Shown here in pieces: positions 20,240 through 33,311 of a DNA stretch of 44,709 nt; the stretch's first letter is position 1; every line of letters begins with the position of its first letter. The notes under the pieces are model-generated. The model worked only from the letters and a program-made list of their open reading frames with translations. It ran no database searches and had not been told where the DNA came from. The DNA comes from Octopus bimaculoides. Lineage: Eukaryota. Location: assembly GCF_001194135.2 (NCBI RefSeq), contig NC_068983.1:43227417-43272125 (forward strand), given 5' to 3'. The position numbers and the translations under genes were made by a program.

Positions 20240-22078
20240 TCATCATCATCATCATCGTTTAACGTCCACTTTCCATGTTGGCATGGGTTGGACAATTTGA
20301 CTGAGGACTGGCAAGCCAGGTGGCTGCACAAGGCTCCAATCTGATCTGGTAGTATTTCTACAGCTGGATGCCCTTCCTAATACCAACCACTCCGAGAGTG
20401 TAGTGGGTGCTTTTACGTGCTACCCACACGAGGGCCAGGCAGGCGGTACTGGCAATGGCCATGCTTAAATGGTGTTTTTTACATGCCACCCACACAGGAG
20501 CCAGTCCAGCAGCACTGGCAATGACTTCACTTGAATATTGTTTGTCTCATGCCACCTGCACAAGTGCCAGTGGTAACGCTGGTAACGCTGGCAACACTGG
20601 TAACGATCATGCTCGAATGGTGCTTTTTATGTGCCACCGGCACAGGTGCCAGTCAGTGGCCCTGGTAACGATCACGTTCGGATGGTGTTCTTGGCGATCC
20701 ACTAGCACGGATGCCAGTCATGCAGTGCTTTCATCGAATTTGATATCGATTTCGATTTCACTTGCCTCAACAGGTCTTTGCAGGCAGAGTTTAGTGTCCA
20801 ATGAAGGAAAGCTATGCATAAGTGGGTGGTTACACTCCTGGCATAGGCCATGGGTTATGATCTCACTTGGCTTGCTGGGTCTTCTCATGCACAGCATATT
20901 TCCAAAGGTCTCGGTCACTTGTCATTGCCTCGGTGAGGCCTAATGTTCGAAGGTCATGCTTCACCACCTCATCCCAGGTCTTCCTGGGTCTACCTCTTCC
21001 ACAGGTTCCCTCAACCGCTAGGGTGTGGTACTTTTTCACACAGCTATCCTCATCCATTCTCGCCACATGACCATACTATCACAGCCGTCTCTCTTGCACA
21101 CCACATCTGATGCTTAAGTCCAACTTTTCTCTCTAGACACTTACACTCTGTCAAGTATTCACACTGACATTACACATCCAGCAGAGCATACTGGCTTCAT
21201 TCCTTGCAAGCTTACACATGTCCTCAGCAGTCACGGCCCATGTTTCACTGCCATGTAGCATGGCTGTTCGTACACATGCGTCATACAGTCTAACTTTTAC
21301 TCTGAGTGATAGGCCCTTTGTCACCAGCAAAGGTAGGAGCTCTCTGAACTTTGCCCACGCTATTCTTATTCTAGCAGCTACACTTTCAGAGCACCCATCC
21401 CTGCTACTGACTTGCTCACCTAGGTAATGAAAGCTATCAACTACTTCTAGTTTTTCTGTCTGGAATGTGGCAGAGGTTGTTCTCTGCACATTTTCAGTGT
21501 TTATTGCTCCTAAGCATCTGCCACATACAAAAACTATCTTCCCAGTTAGCCTTCCTTTGATATTGCTGCACTTCTTATGTGTCCATAGTTTACACTGGGT
21601 ACACCTTATGGAGTTTCTACCTACGCCTTTTCTACAGATTGAGCAAGGCCATATACCTGAAGGGATTTCTGGTTTCTCTGCCTTCCTACTTATTAGGACT
21701 TTGGTTTTAGCTAGGTTGACTCTAAGGCCCTTCAATTCTAATCCTTGCTTCCACAGCTGAAACTTCTCCTCTAGTTCTGGTAGTGACTCAGCAATTAGAG
21801 CAAGGTCATTAACATAGAGGAGCTCCCAGGGGCATCCTGTCTTGAATTCCTGTGTTATTGCCTGGAGGGCTATGATAAATAGGAGTGGGCTGAGGACTGA
21901 TCCTTGGTGGACCCCTACCTCTACCTGGAATTCTTCCCTGTACTCGTTACCAACCCTCACCTTACTGACAGCGTCTCTGTACATGGCTTGCACAGCTCTC
22001 ACTAACCATTCAACTATCCCTAGTTTCCTCATTGACTACCAGATGTCAACGAAAGCCAGGTACAAAGATTTATCTTTG
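20240..22078 (-). mobile_element. 5'-truncated RTE-like LINE: RT domains 3-7, PHD-type finger, C-terminus and 3' UTR with (GAT)n tail
   Basis: ORF 21151-22032 contains VGVHQGSVLSPLLF, LLYVNDLAL, KTKVL, FHYLG. Continuation GRGRPRKTW at 20863-21066. Small internal deletion after LYLAFVD. Confidence 0.93.
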
Positions 22079-22353
22079 GCTCTTTATATAAACATATATA
22101 TATACATACATACATACATATANNNNNNNNNNNNNNNNNNNNNNNNNNNNNNNNNNNNNNNNNNNNNNNNNNNNNNNNNNNNNNNNNNNNNNNNNNNNNN
22201 NNNNNNNNNNNNNNNNNNNNNNNNNNNNNNNNNNNNNNNNNNNNNNNNNNNNNNNNNNNNNNNNNNNNNNNNNNNNNNNNNNNNNNNNNNNNNNNNNNNN
22301 NNNNNNNNNNNNNNNNNNNNNNNNNNNNNNNNNNNNNNNNNNNNNNNNNNNNN

Positions 22354-22414
<61 letters not shown>

Positions 22415-22944
22415 CTTTATTTAAAAGCAGCAGAAATATAACAAAAGCTGTTACTCGTATATATTTCAAAGTATTTCTTAAGAAAACCTTCACCTGTCAT
22501 ATGTACATATTATTTTCATGTTCAAGATTTTATTTTTATTTTTATTTCATTTTATTGTATTTTACAAACCCATTTAATCGTTATATTTATAGATAATTCG
22601 ATATATGGTGTTCCATTTTGCATGTCTTTTATCTGATTTTTATTATTATACACTCAGCAATTTTTTAAAAGTTGTTTGTATATATACGTTAGGACTTAGA
22701 TATGTTTTTATGTGAATGTCTGTATTGTAGGAATACATATATATTTGTATGTGTGCATCTGTGTATATGTGTAAGTGAGCGTGTATCTTTATACTTGTAC
22801 ACATATGTACATGGGTGTATATGCATGCATGTATACACTTATATTTGTGTGGATGTGTATTTACGTGCATATTTCCATATATTTATATACGTGATCTTAT
22901 ATGTGTATTTATATGCTAATATATACTTATGTATATATGTCTCC

Positions 22945-23590
22945 TTTCTTGACATTTCGGTCAGCATTCATCACTCCACTCTCACCACCCCCATCAAATA
23001 CAAACACACAGACTCACACTCATACCTCAACTTCTCCTCCTCCCACCCTAAACACACCAAGCTTTCCATCCCCTATTCCGAATTCCTCCATCTACGCAGG
23101 CTCTGTAGTGACGACCGTGACTTTGAGACTCAGTCTCAACTCATGGCTCGCCACNNNNNNNNNNNNNNNNNNNNNNNNNNNNNNNNNNNNNNNNNNNNNN
23201 NNNNNNNNNNNNNNNNNNNNNNNNNNNNNNNNNNNNNNNNNNNNNNNNNNNNNNNNNNNNNNNNNNNNNNNNNNNNNNNNNNNNNNNNNNNNNNNNNNNN
23301 NNNNNNNNNNNNNNNNNNNNNNNNNNNNNNNNNNNNNNNNNNNNNNNNNNNNNNNNNNNNNNNNNNNNNNNNNNNNNNNNNNNNNNNNNNNNNNNNNNNN
23401 NNNNNNNCTCTCTTTGCTCCTATGCGCCACATGGGCTCAACTCTCCTCCCCTCTTCATCTAACCTCTTCCCCTTGCCTCTCACCCCTCACACCTACTTCC
23501 TCCCACCCACCTCTCCTCTCATGCTCCGACTCCTACTTCTCTTAACTCCTACTCTCCTACTCTCTTCTCTTCACTCCTACCCACCTTCTC
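22945..23590 (+). mobile_element. Penelope-like fragment, same family as 960-1857, spanning a gap
   Basis: FLDISVSI...KHTDSHSYLNFSSSHPKHTKLSIPYSEFLHLRRLCSDDRDFETQSQLM. The post-gap sequence matches the C-terminus and tail of the first copy. Confidence 0.85.
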
Positions 23591-23599
23591 CTTCCCCTT

Positions 23600-23745
23600 C
23601 ATTGTCATCCGTCGCTGACGACCCCTGTTGTACTCTTTCGCCCCAACTTTCTCTCACTCCTTCTTCCTGTTTCTTGAGTAATGCTGCGATGGACTGGCAT
23701 CCTGTCCAGCCGGGGGGAACACATACGCCATAGAAACCGGGAAAC
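23600..23745 (+). mobile_element. SINE body and 3' fragment
   Basis: gacccctgttgtactctttcgccccaactttctctcactc matches the 10175-10560 body. The remainder matches the 12955-13050 tail. Confidence 0.7.
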
Positions 23746-24165
23746 CAGCGCCAAATTACCCACCAAAAATATAACCCCTCAAGTCAAAAAGTGCAACCGC
23801 CCTAACTGCGTAACTTGCACCTTTCTCTTAGAGGGCTCAACATACAAATTTAAGTTAGGCCTAACTTTTACCATAAAACATGACTTCACCTGTGCTTCGA
23901 ATGCGGAGGTTGTAGTGGAGACTACATTGGTCAAACAAGCTCAACTTTGAGGGATAGACTTACAGTGCACAGACAACAAATCCAGGAACCCACCACTAGG
24001 AAAATTCCCATTAACCAGCACCTAGACCAATGCCTCATAGACAAAAACCCTAAATACCAAATCTTCCCTCTCTATCAATGCACTGGAAACACTTCAAACC
24101 AATTCTGTTTAAATAAGGAAAACATACTGATTAAAATATATGTACAACAGCTAAATATCTTTTAG
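23746..24165 (+). mobile_element. Second Penelope-like family, GIY-YIG C-terminus with internal deletion
   Basis: KKCNRPNCVTC...HDFTCASN/CGGCSGDYIGQTSSTLRDRLTVHRQQI...NQHLDQC. The first half of the GIY motif is missing. Confidence 0.8.
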
Positions 24166-25134
24166 AAAAAAGAAAAAAGCAGTATAAAGAAGAGGAAAAA
24201 AGACTCAATTTCAACACAAAAAAACAACAAAATTTTTTGTAACAATCTTCCACCTGGGTTTCGAAACCGCAACTCCAAATCACCACACAAACACAAGATG
24301 CTGTCATCACCCACCTCCAGTCTAATGAAATTCCAGAAACANNNNNNNNNNNNNNNNNNNNNNNNNNNNNNNNNNNNNNNNNNNNNNNNNNNNNNNNNNN
24401 NNNNNNNNNNNNNNNNNNNNNNNNNNNNNNNNNNNNNNNNNNNNNNNNNNNNNNNNNNNNNNNNNNNNNNNNNNNNNNNNNNNNNNNNNNNNNNNNNNNN
24501 NNNNNNNNNNNNNNNNNNNNNNNNNNNNNNNNNNNNNNNNNNNNNNNNNNNNNNNNNNNNNNNNNNNNNNNNNNNNNNNNNNNNNNNNNNNNNNNNNNNN
24601 NNNNNNNNNNNNNNNNNNNNNNNNNNNNNNNNNNNNNNNNNNNNNNNNNNNNNCGAACTCAGCGAATACAACAAAAAGACCCTCTAAGAGAACCAACCAA
24701 CCGGAATGACCTATAACCGTATCTGCAAGGAAACCAACCAAGCAGAACGACAAGCTTGACCACGGAAGAAAAACGTCATCAATTTTTTAAGGAATCGAAA
24801 TCAAATCTGCTTGCAGAAAAAAAATTTATAAATACATCTATCCCTAAACATACCATTACAAGCGAAAGCAACTGTTTAAAGAAGATCTGAGAAACCGTAA
24901 ACCAAATTCCCTTTTTTTACTATTTTAATTCTCACACTTGTTTTTTTCAGCATGACTTGTTGACCACTACTGAAATTAATGAACTTTGTACATTCTAACA
25001 AATTAATGTACAGTTTTAATTTCAAACTTACACCTTCTGTTTTGAACATGATAATTTATCAGCATTGAAACATTTTAGTTTGTCAACATTGAAACATTTT
25101 CATTTGTCAACAGTGAAACTATATATATTGCTTT

Positions 25135-26325
25135 TCAGTAGGAAAGCAGGCAAATCACAAATGCTATCAGGTAGATGGCCCTACTCGATCTGTAGGAAAG
25201 GTGTAGGTAGAAATTCCATAACATGTACCCAGTGCAAGCTATAGACACATAAGAGGTGCAGCAATATCACAAGAAGGTCAACTGGGAAAATAGTTTTCAT
25301 GTGTGGGAAGTGCACAGGTACAATAAACACTAAAAATGTATAGAAAATAGAGTTCATCAACTGCCAAGGGGGTAAGCTAAAAGTAGTTGATAGCTTCTGT
25401 TACCTAGGTGACCAAGTCAATAGCAGAGGTGGATGCTCTGAGAGTGTAGCTGCAAGAATAAGAATAGGCTTGACAAAATTCAGAGACTCCCTACCTCTGT
25501 TGGCAACAAAGGTCCTCTCCCTCAGAGTGATAGGCAGACTGTATGATGCCTCTATGCAAACAACTATGCTACACAGCAGTGAAACATGGACTGTGACCAC
25601 TGCGGACAAGCACAGTCTTTTCAGGATGTGTAATGTCAGTGTGCATGTACAAAAGTGTGTAAGCATCTTGAGAGAAAAATTGGGCGTAAGAGGCACAAGA
25701 TGTGGTGATCAAGAGAGACAAGTGTGTTGGTGTGGTCATGTGATGCATATGAATGTGGACAGCTATGTGAAGAAGTACCAATCTTTAACTGTGGAGGGAA
25801 GCTGAGGAAGAGTTAGACCCAGGAAGGCATGGATGAGGTGGTGAAGCATGATCTTCAAATTTTGGGCCTCATGGAGAAAATGACTAGTGAGCAAGACCTT
25901 TGGCAATATGCTATGCTTGAGAAAACCTGTCAAGCTAAGTGAAATCGTGTGCCAGTGTCACATAACTGGCATCGATGATGGTGGCACTGGGCATTATAGA
26001 GGCAATGTGATCAATGCTGGTTTTGTGTAACTATCACCTGTGCTGTGGCATGTAAAAAGCACCTTTCAAGCGTTGGGCTTCACGGAGGCAATGACAAATG
26101 ACCAAGACCTTTGCCAATATGCCGTACTTGAGTAGAAGACCCACCAAACCAAATGAAATCATAGTCATGGCAGATACTGGTGTCATACAAGTGGCACCTG
26201 TGCTGGTGGTACATAAAAGCACCCATTACACTCTCAGAGTGATTGGCATTAGGAAGGGCATCCAGCCATAGAAACCATGCCAAATCAGACTGGAGTCTGG
26301 TGCAGCCTCTCAGCTTACCAGCCCT
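25135..26325 (+). mobile_element. 5'-truncated degenerate RTE-like LINE (PHD region to 3' UTR)
   Basis: Homologous to the reverse complement of 20300-21690. MTKFRDSLPLLATKVLSLRVIGRLYD...GRVRPRKAW. Confidence 0.88.
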
Positions 26326-26419
26326 CGTAATTGTCTGGCTGTAGAAAATCTGCTTAAAATAATTTCGTCTGTCACATCATCCTCATCATTGACTGCTGGA
26401 CATTATTGTCTCTAGTCCC

Positions 26420-26655
26420 AGGCTCCAAAGGGTCAGTTATCTAGTTTCCATGATGCGTAAGTGACTGAGATCACAACATTCTTCACTGAACAGGACACCA
26501 GCCCATCACAAGGTGACCCATTTACAGGTGAGTGAACAGGAGCAACGTGGAATGAATTGTTTTCCTCAAGAACATAACACATTGTCTAACTCCAGAATTG
26601 AAACCATGATCTTGCAGTCATGAGTGAAACACGCTAATCACTATGCCACACACCT
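26420..26655 (-). mobile_element. Degenerate tRNA-derived SINE
   Basis: Similar to 12955-13197 (gaattgaaaccatgatcttgcagtc...cactatgccacacacc). Confidence 0.6.
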
Positions 26656-26934
26656 TTACTCATGCCTTGGCCAGGCTCTCTATCAGTTTTGACACCAAAT
26701 TCTTTCTACTTGTTTCGCTTATTTGACTGTGGCCATACTGGAGCACTACCTTAAAAAGCACCCAGTCCACACTGTAGACAAAAAAATGTCACTGGTTATG
26801 TTATTTGCAGACACTCCATTACAAAAGTGTATCCAGCCTCCTTGACATGCTACATGTCCTTTGTATGCAAAAATGGCATTAAAATGGTGTTACTTCTAGT
26901 GCTCCATGTAACTATGTCTGTGCTGTGTCATTCT

Positions 26935-27320
26935 TTTACTTTTTTACTTGTTTCAGTCATTTGACTGTGGCCACACTGAAGCACCACCTTAGTCGAACAA
27001 ATCGACCCCAGGACTTATTCTTTGTAAGCCTGGTACTTATTCTATTGGTCTCTTTTGCAGTATCGCATCATCTTTTAACGTCTACTTTCCATACTAGCAT
27101 GGGTTGGACGGTTTGAGTGAGGGCTGGTGAGCCAGAAAGCTGCACCAGTCTCCAACATCTATATATATATATGTGTGTCTACCAAATCCACTCACAAGAC
27201 TTTGGTCAACCCGAGGCTATAGTCGAAGATACTTGCCCAAGGTGCTATGCAGCAGGACTGAACCTGGAACCATGTGGTTGGTGAGCAAGTTTTTTACCAC
27301 ACAGCCATGCCTGTGCCTAT
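26935..27320 (-). mobile_element. Third-family SINE with nested RTE 3' tail fragment
   Basis: SINE 3' part about 26935-27060, RTE tail about 27065-27155, SINE head about 27175-27320. Confidence 0.7.
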
Positions 27321-27344
27321 AGCAAGCATCTTACCACACAGCCT

Positions 27345-27622
27345 TTTGTTCCAGTTGATTTCATCAACAGAACAGCCAGCTTATGACATTAATGTGCACA
27401 TGACTGAGCACTCCACAGACATGTGTACCCTTTACATAGTTCTCAGAGAGATTCAGTGCAACACACAATGAGGACAAGACCAACCTTTTTGAATTACAGG
27501 TACAACTCATTTTTACCAGCTGAGCAAACTGGAGCAACATGAAATTATGTGCCACTGGGATTTGAACTCACAGGCTTATGATTGTGAGCCAAATACCACT
27601 AACCACTAAGCCATGCACCTTC
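27345..27622 (-). mobile_element. tRNA-derived SINE
   Basis: Tail shared with 10175-10350; head related to 41700-41830. Confidence 0.7.
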
Positions 27623-27695
27623 ATCTTTGTAAGTATGCTGAAAGGAATATTAAAACAATGATGAGCTATGAATGAAAGGATACAGGAATACTTAC

Positions 27696-27813
27696 ATAAC
27701 GACATTGATACCAGATAACTGTGCAATAATGTGCAAGGAACAACAAATGAGGAGTGCTCGCCAAACGCATGGTGTTTTTACAATTCTCTTCCAAACATGA
27801 AACATAGATGTCT
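27696..27813 (-). CDS. SLC2A13-like: HMIT-like exon (TM7)
   Basis: Acceptor ttttacAG, donor GTaagt, 118 nt. Translates (K)TSMFHVWKRIVKTPCVWRALLICCSLHIIAQLSGINVV(M), a variant of the QQLSGIN motif. Confidence 0.94.
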
Positions 27814-28489
27814 CTGTAAAAAATATAAGCGTTAAGCTTGATTATTTTACTATATTTTGCATAGGGAATTTATTGAAAACAAACAGCATACAAAACAGTT
27901 TAGTAGAGGCTAACATAGTTAATGTTGTGTGATGCCCTTATTTAAGAATATTTAATCAGCTAAAATTACATCAGTTTGAAAAGTGTTAATGATAATTCTT
28001 GATACAAAAGTCAAGGGAGACAACTCCTTTTGAATCATTGCATTAAATGTGTTAACCCATACTTAACTCTATGTTTTTACTGCAGAGGACATCCGTGGGA
28101 AATTTTATTGCATGTTAGTATACGACAACATTACTCATCAAAGAGGTGCTTGGCTCTCCCACCCCTCACCCTAGATGGAATTTTCTAATCTGAAGGAAAG
28201 AAGCTTTGATTTGCAGGGTAAAGAATGGTGTAGGAAATGGATTTCATATGAAATATCTCAATTTCTACATTGAAAATTTTTCTTTTATTAGATAGTCATG
28301 CACGCAAACACACACACACATGCACACACACACACACACACACACATGTATATACATACATTATATACATATTATACACGTGTGTACCCTTAAGGTAGTT
28401 CTCAGAGAAATTCTGCATGACACAATGTGACAAGGCCAACCCTTCTGAATTACAGGTATAACTTATTTTTAACTGAAGAATGTACAGCT

Positions 28490-30300
28490 GAACATGGCTA
28501 GTGACTTCAGGCTTAGGGCCAGGAAGATCCAGAGGCACAAGCCAATATGGAAAAGGAGGTCGTGGAAGCTCAAGGACCCCTCAAATGGGCAGAGATTCAG
28601 AGGTGTCCTTAATGAGGCCTTTGATGAGATGAAGGAAGAGATTGAGACATATGACATAGAGGACAACTGGAAGTTCCAATGGGACAATCTATTAAAGGCA
28701 AGAGACCAAATCTGTGGTTGGAGTAAAGTCTCTGCCAGACCAAGAGTGATGTGGTGGTGAAACAGTGATGTTGACAGGGCTATAAAAGAGAAGAGACAAG
28801 TCTGGAGAGAATGGAAAAGAGCAGGTAGCAAAGAATCATATCAGAAAGCTAGAAGGGAGGTTAGACATCAGGTTTATCTAGTTAAGGCTGAAGCAGAAAA
28901 GAAGAGGTTTGCCAAAGTCCTATAGAGTAAAGATCACACACACACACACACATGTATATACATACGTTATATACATATTATACACGTGAAGTGTTCTGGA
29001 TTGCTAGACAGTGTGTCAGTGAGAATTGAGTTATTGCAGGAGAGAAGTGTGTGTGGATGGATAATGGTATGCTTGCATGTAGTAATGTGGACAAGAAAGA
29101 GGTGTGGAAAAGCTACTACGTAAGACTGTTGAATGTAGAGAATGAATGGGATAAAGGGAGTCTTTCTCATGTGAACCCAACAGAGGGGCCAGCTATCTTA
29201 GGGGACAGCAGTATGATAAATAAGGCAATTAAAAACATGAAAACCAGGAAAGTCTGTGGTCCATTCAGAATCATGGCTGAGATGCTCAAAATATCCAGTA
29301 AGGGCTAGTTACCCACATAGTTAATCAGGTCATGCAGGAAGATGTAGTACCCAGTGACTGGTGTAGCAGCAAAATTGTTAGCTGCTACAAGGGTAAGGGT
29401 GATGCTTTAGATAGAAGCAATTACCAAAATCCTGGACCAGGTGATGAAAATTATGGAGAGGGTTATTGCCCAATTAATTAGGAACCGAATCAGGCTAGGT
29501 GAAATGCAGTTCAGCTTCATCTGGAGGAGAAGCTTTACTGATGCTATTTTATAGTCAGGAAACTGCAAGGAAAGTACTTAGCTAAGAATAAACCTTATAC
29601 TTAGCATTTGTTGATCTAGAGAAAGCCTTCGATAGAGTGCCCTGCTGTGTGATATGGTGAGCACTGAGGAGGCTAGGGAAAGATGAGTGGCTTGTGAAAG
29701 CTGTACAGGCCAAGTACAAAGATGTTGTTAGTTAAAGTGAGAGTTAACCATGAGTACAACAAAGAATTTGGTGTACACGCAGGGGTTTGTCAAGACTCAG
29801 TCCTCAATCCCTTCCTTTTCATCATTGTCCTCCAGGCCATAACAGGAATTCACAACAGGAAGCCCCTGGGAACTACTATATGCTGATGATATTGCCCTCA
29901 TAGCAAATTCCATATCAGAGCTAGAAAAGAAATTCCAGGTGTGGAAGCAAAACCTGGAATCTAAGGGCCTTAAGGTTAACTTAGCAAAGACTAAGGTCTC
30001 AGTAAGCAAGAAAACAGACAAGATTCTACGCACTTCAAGTAGGTGGCCCTGTTCAATTTGTAGGAAAGGTATAGGCAGGAATTCCATATGATGTACCCAG
30101 TGTAAGCTATGAACACACAAGAGGTGTAGTAGATTAATAGGATGGCTATCTGAGAAGATAGTTTATGAATGTGGAAGATGTAAAGAATCCATAAAAACTA
30201 GAGACTTGGGAAAGTGATTCTCTCAAATGCCCTGGCAGCTCATAGAGGTAGCAGATAATTTCTGCAACCTAAGGGACCAAATTAGTTGTGGAGGATGCAC
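28490..30300 (+). mobile_element. Long degenerate RTE-like LINE ORF2 fragment (linker, RT, PHD), interrupted by a microsatellite
   Basis: SDFRLR...WKLKD, YLAFVDLEKAFDRVP, LLYADDIAL, LAKTKVSV, PCSICRKGIGRNSI. Many stops and frameshifts; 3'-truncated. Confidence 0.88.
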
Positions 30301-30379
30301 GGAGACAATGATAGCTATTCAGCAGGACAGCTTTTCACAACATCAGTGAATGTTTTAATCTCTGTATCTTGTATCAGAA

Positions 30380-32521
30380 GTGACGAATTCTTGTCTGAGC
30401 ATGTAGCAGAAAGTTGAACACCTGTGATAGATATATAAATGTGTAGTAGATATATGGGTACATGTTGCAAATGAATGAATCCTGTGGAAGACATATGGGT
30501 ACGTGTAGTAGATATACGGGAACATGTAACATTTAGTTGTGTACTTGTGGCAGATAAATGAGGCACATGTTGCTGACAGTTGAATATCTTTAGCAAATAT
30601 CTTTAGCAAATATATTGTTACATGTAGCAGACAGTTGAATAATTGTGGCAGTATATGAGTAAGTAAGGACCGTGTGATCAGGAGGGGTGACGAGGAATGG
30701 CTCCTTTAGTACATCGCATGGTTGATACAAATAAAAATATGAAAAGAGGATAAATGAGTATAAGTGCCAGAAGGAAAAAGAGACAAATTGCACCAATACC
30801 AACCAATCAGAGTGGTGGACACAACAGGGTCCAAAGGTGCGGCCAAAGGCTATCTGTTATCCACTACATCTGTATTTATGTATATATAACACAGAGAGAG
30901 AGAGAGAGAAGTACGCTACAAGTACATGTAATGGATATATGATTACATGTATCAAATATATGGCTACATGTAGTACATATATGGGTAAATGTAGCAGATA
31001 TTTAAGTACCTGTGGTTGATAGTCAAATACCTACAGTGGATAAATTTGTATATGCAACAGGTAATTGAGCAACTGTGGAAGACAGTTGGGTACACCTGAC
31101 ATATATATGAGTGCATGCAGCAGGTAGCTGAAAACCTGAAGCAAATACATGGGTACATGTGGGAGACAGCTGAGTACCTGTGACAGATATATGGTACATG
31201 AACAGACAGTTGAATAGCTGTGGAAGATATCTGGCTATACATAGCAAATATCAGTGCATGTAGAAAGTAGTTGAGTACTTGTAGTTGATATATGAGGTTG
31301 GTCTTGCTAATATAAGGGTATATGATATGTAGCAGATGATTGAGTAGATGTGGTAGGCAACTAAATGTGACCAATATGGGTGTAGATAGCAGGTAGTTGA
31401 TATAGGAGGTACATGTGGTAGACAGTTGACTTGCTATGCTAGATGGTTGCGTACCTGTGGCGAATATGGGTACGTGTGGTGAATATTGGTACAGGCAACA
31501 GGTAGTTGAGTATCTGTGTAGCTACATGGGAAAAGCAGCAAATAATTGAGTATATGTGGTAGATATATATGGGTACATAAACAGACAGTTGTGTAGTTGT
31601 GGAAAATAATTGAGTGCATGTTGCAATTAATTGAGTACATGTGGCAGATATATGAGGTACATATAACAGTATGTTCAATAACCATGGTGGCAAGTAGTTG
31701 AGTAGCTGTGGTAAATGTGACCTCATGTAGCAAATGTAGCAAGCAGATGAGTACCTGTGGCAGATATATGAGGTACCTGTAGCAGAATGTTCAATACTCT
31801 TGGTGGCAAGTAGTTGAATAGCTGTGGAAAATGTGAGTTCATGTAGCAAGTAGATGAGTACATGTAGCAGATATATGGGTGTATGTAATAAGTAATTGTA
31901 TACAAGCAGTAGATGTATGAGGCACATGTAGCTGACAGTTGAGTTGTTGTGGCTAATGTGGGGTACATAAAGCAGTAGCTGAATGTCTACATCAATCAAT
32001 GTACATGTGGCTGTCATATAAGTGTTTATAGATTACATGTGTGATGCATGTAACTGTAAACTGAGTTTTTAAAAGCTGAAAACTGGAATAGTTGCAGTTG
32101 GCAATTGGAAAAGGGATACTTGCAGATGTTGATAGCATACTCATAGTAGAACACATGTATGTCGGTGGTATACTTGTACATGTTGCTGGTATATTGCAGT
32201 AGTGAATGGTGCACTTGCAATGCTCACTGATGTATTACAGCATTTAATGGAAAGTTGCAGCAGTCACTGGCATATTGCAGCAACAAATGATGTACTTGTT
32301 GCAGTTAATGGGATACTTACAGAGTTCATATTTGCAGAAGTCAATAAAGAACTTGCAGAGGTCAAGGTTGTACTTACAGAGATTAATGGGGGTACTTGCA
32401 GTAGACACAGATGTGCTTGCAGCAGTGAATAAATGGGGTACTTGGAGTAGACACTGGTGTACTTTCAGCAGTGAAGGGGGAACTTGAACTGGAGAACAGG
32501 GTACCTGTAGCAGAGTACACA
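30380..32521 (-). repeat. Cryptic 21-nt-period degenerate tandem array in two sub-blocks (about 30380-32020 and 32170-32521)
   Basis: Units such as gtacctgtggcagatatatgg and gtacttgcagcagtgaatggg. Four consecutive exact 21-nt units at 32438-32521. Minus-strand heptads SVTGTQL SPTCTHV FASGFQL PAACTHI. Confidence 0.8.
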
Positions 32522-33020
32522 GATGCAAGACTGTTTCAAGTAACAAGTTTTCTCACTGGTCAGACAAAACTTATTTGTAAACTTGAGTATTCATTGTTAT
32601 AGTTAATAAATTATAAAAGATGGTTAGTTGACAGAAATGGTAAAGAGTTTGGAGAGAATATTGTAAGGAATTTAGTTTTACTTCCTTACATTTCTGAGTT
32701 AAAATTATACTAAGCTGTTAAGATACAAATCAAACATATATTGGAATTCATTCATAAGTTTTGGTATGAAAACACATTTGAAACTTCTTCTGGTTGTGTG
32801 ATACAAACTTCTTGCTTCAAAGTGATCTTAATTAAGACCGTTCATCAAAACTCAATGTTAATTTATTACAAACACCAGACTAATAATAATGATAAAATTA
32901 TTTTACTAAATACTTGAAAATTAATTGAAAAATTAATTGAAACAAAGGTAGTATATTTCAACATAAACATGGTAACAAAAGGGTCAAAATATCTGTATGT
33001 CTTCCTTAAATCATCTACAT

Positions 33021-33311
33021 CAGTGCTACTCAAAGTTGTGGTCCGTGGACCAGTACCGGTCCATGAGCCATTAGTTGCTGGTATGCAGCAAGTTTCCAGA
33101 AAAGAAAGAAACATAAAATGCTTATGTAATATTGTATTATTTGTGTACAAAATAAATATAAGATTAAAAAAAAATTGTCAACTTTTATTATATTCATTAT
33201 ATATATATTGTTTCCAGTATGAATTAATATTACTAAGAAATTTTATCAGTCTCTGGCACATTGGGAAAAGAAACTGCCGGAGCGCAACATCAGATAGTTT
33301 GAGAAGCACTG
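33021..33311. mobile_element. hAT (Charlie/Buster-type) MITE with perfect 8-bp TSD
   Basis: TIRs cagtgctactcaaa / tttgagaagcactg. ATCTACAT at 33013-33020 and 33312-33319, with central TA. Confidence 0.9.

Noticed and set aside
24170-24900. Lys/Asn-rich sequence around a gap as a possible retroelement ORF
   Set aside because: No recognisable motif and several stops. It cannot be assigned without a database search.
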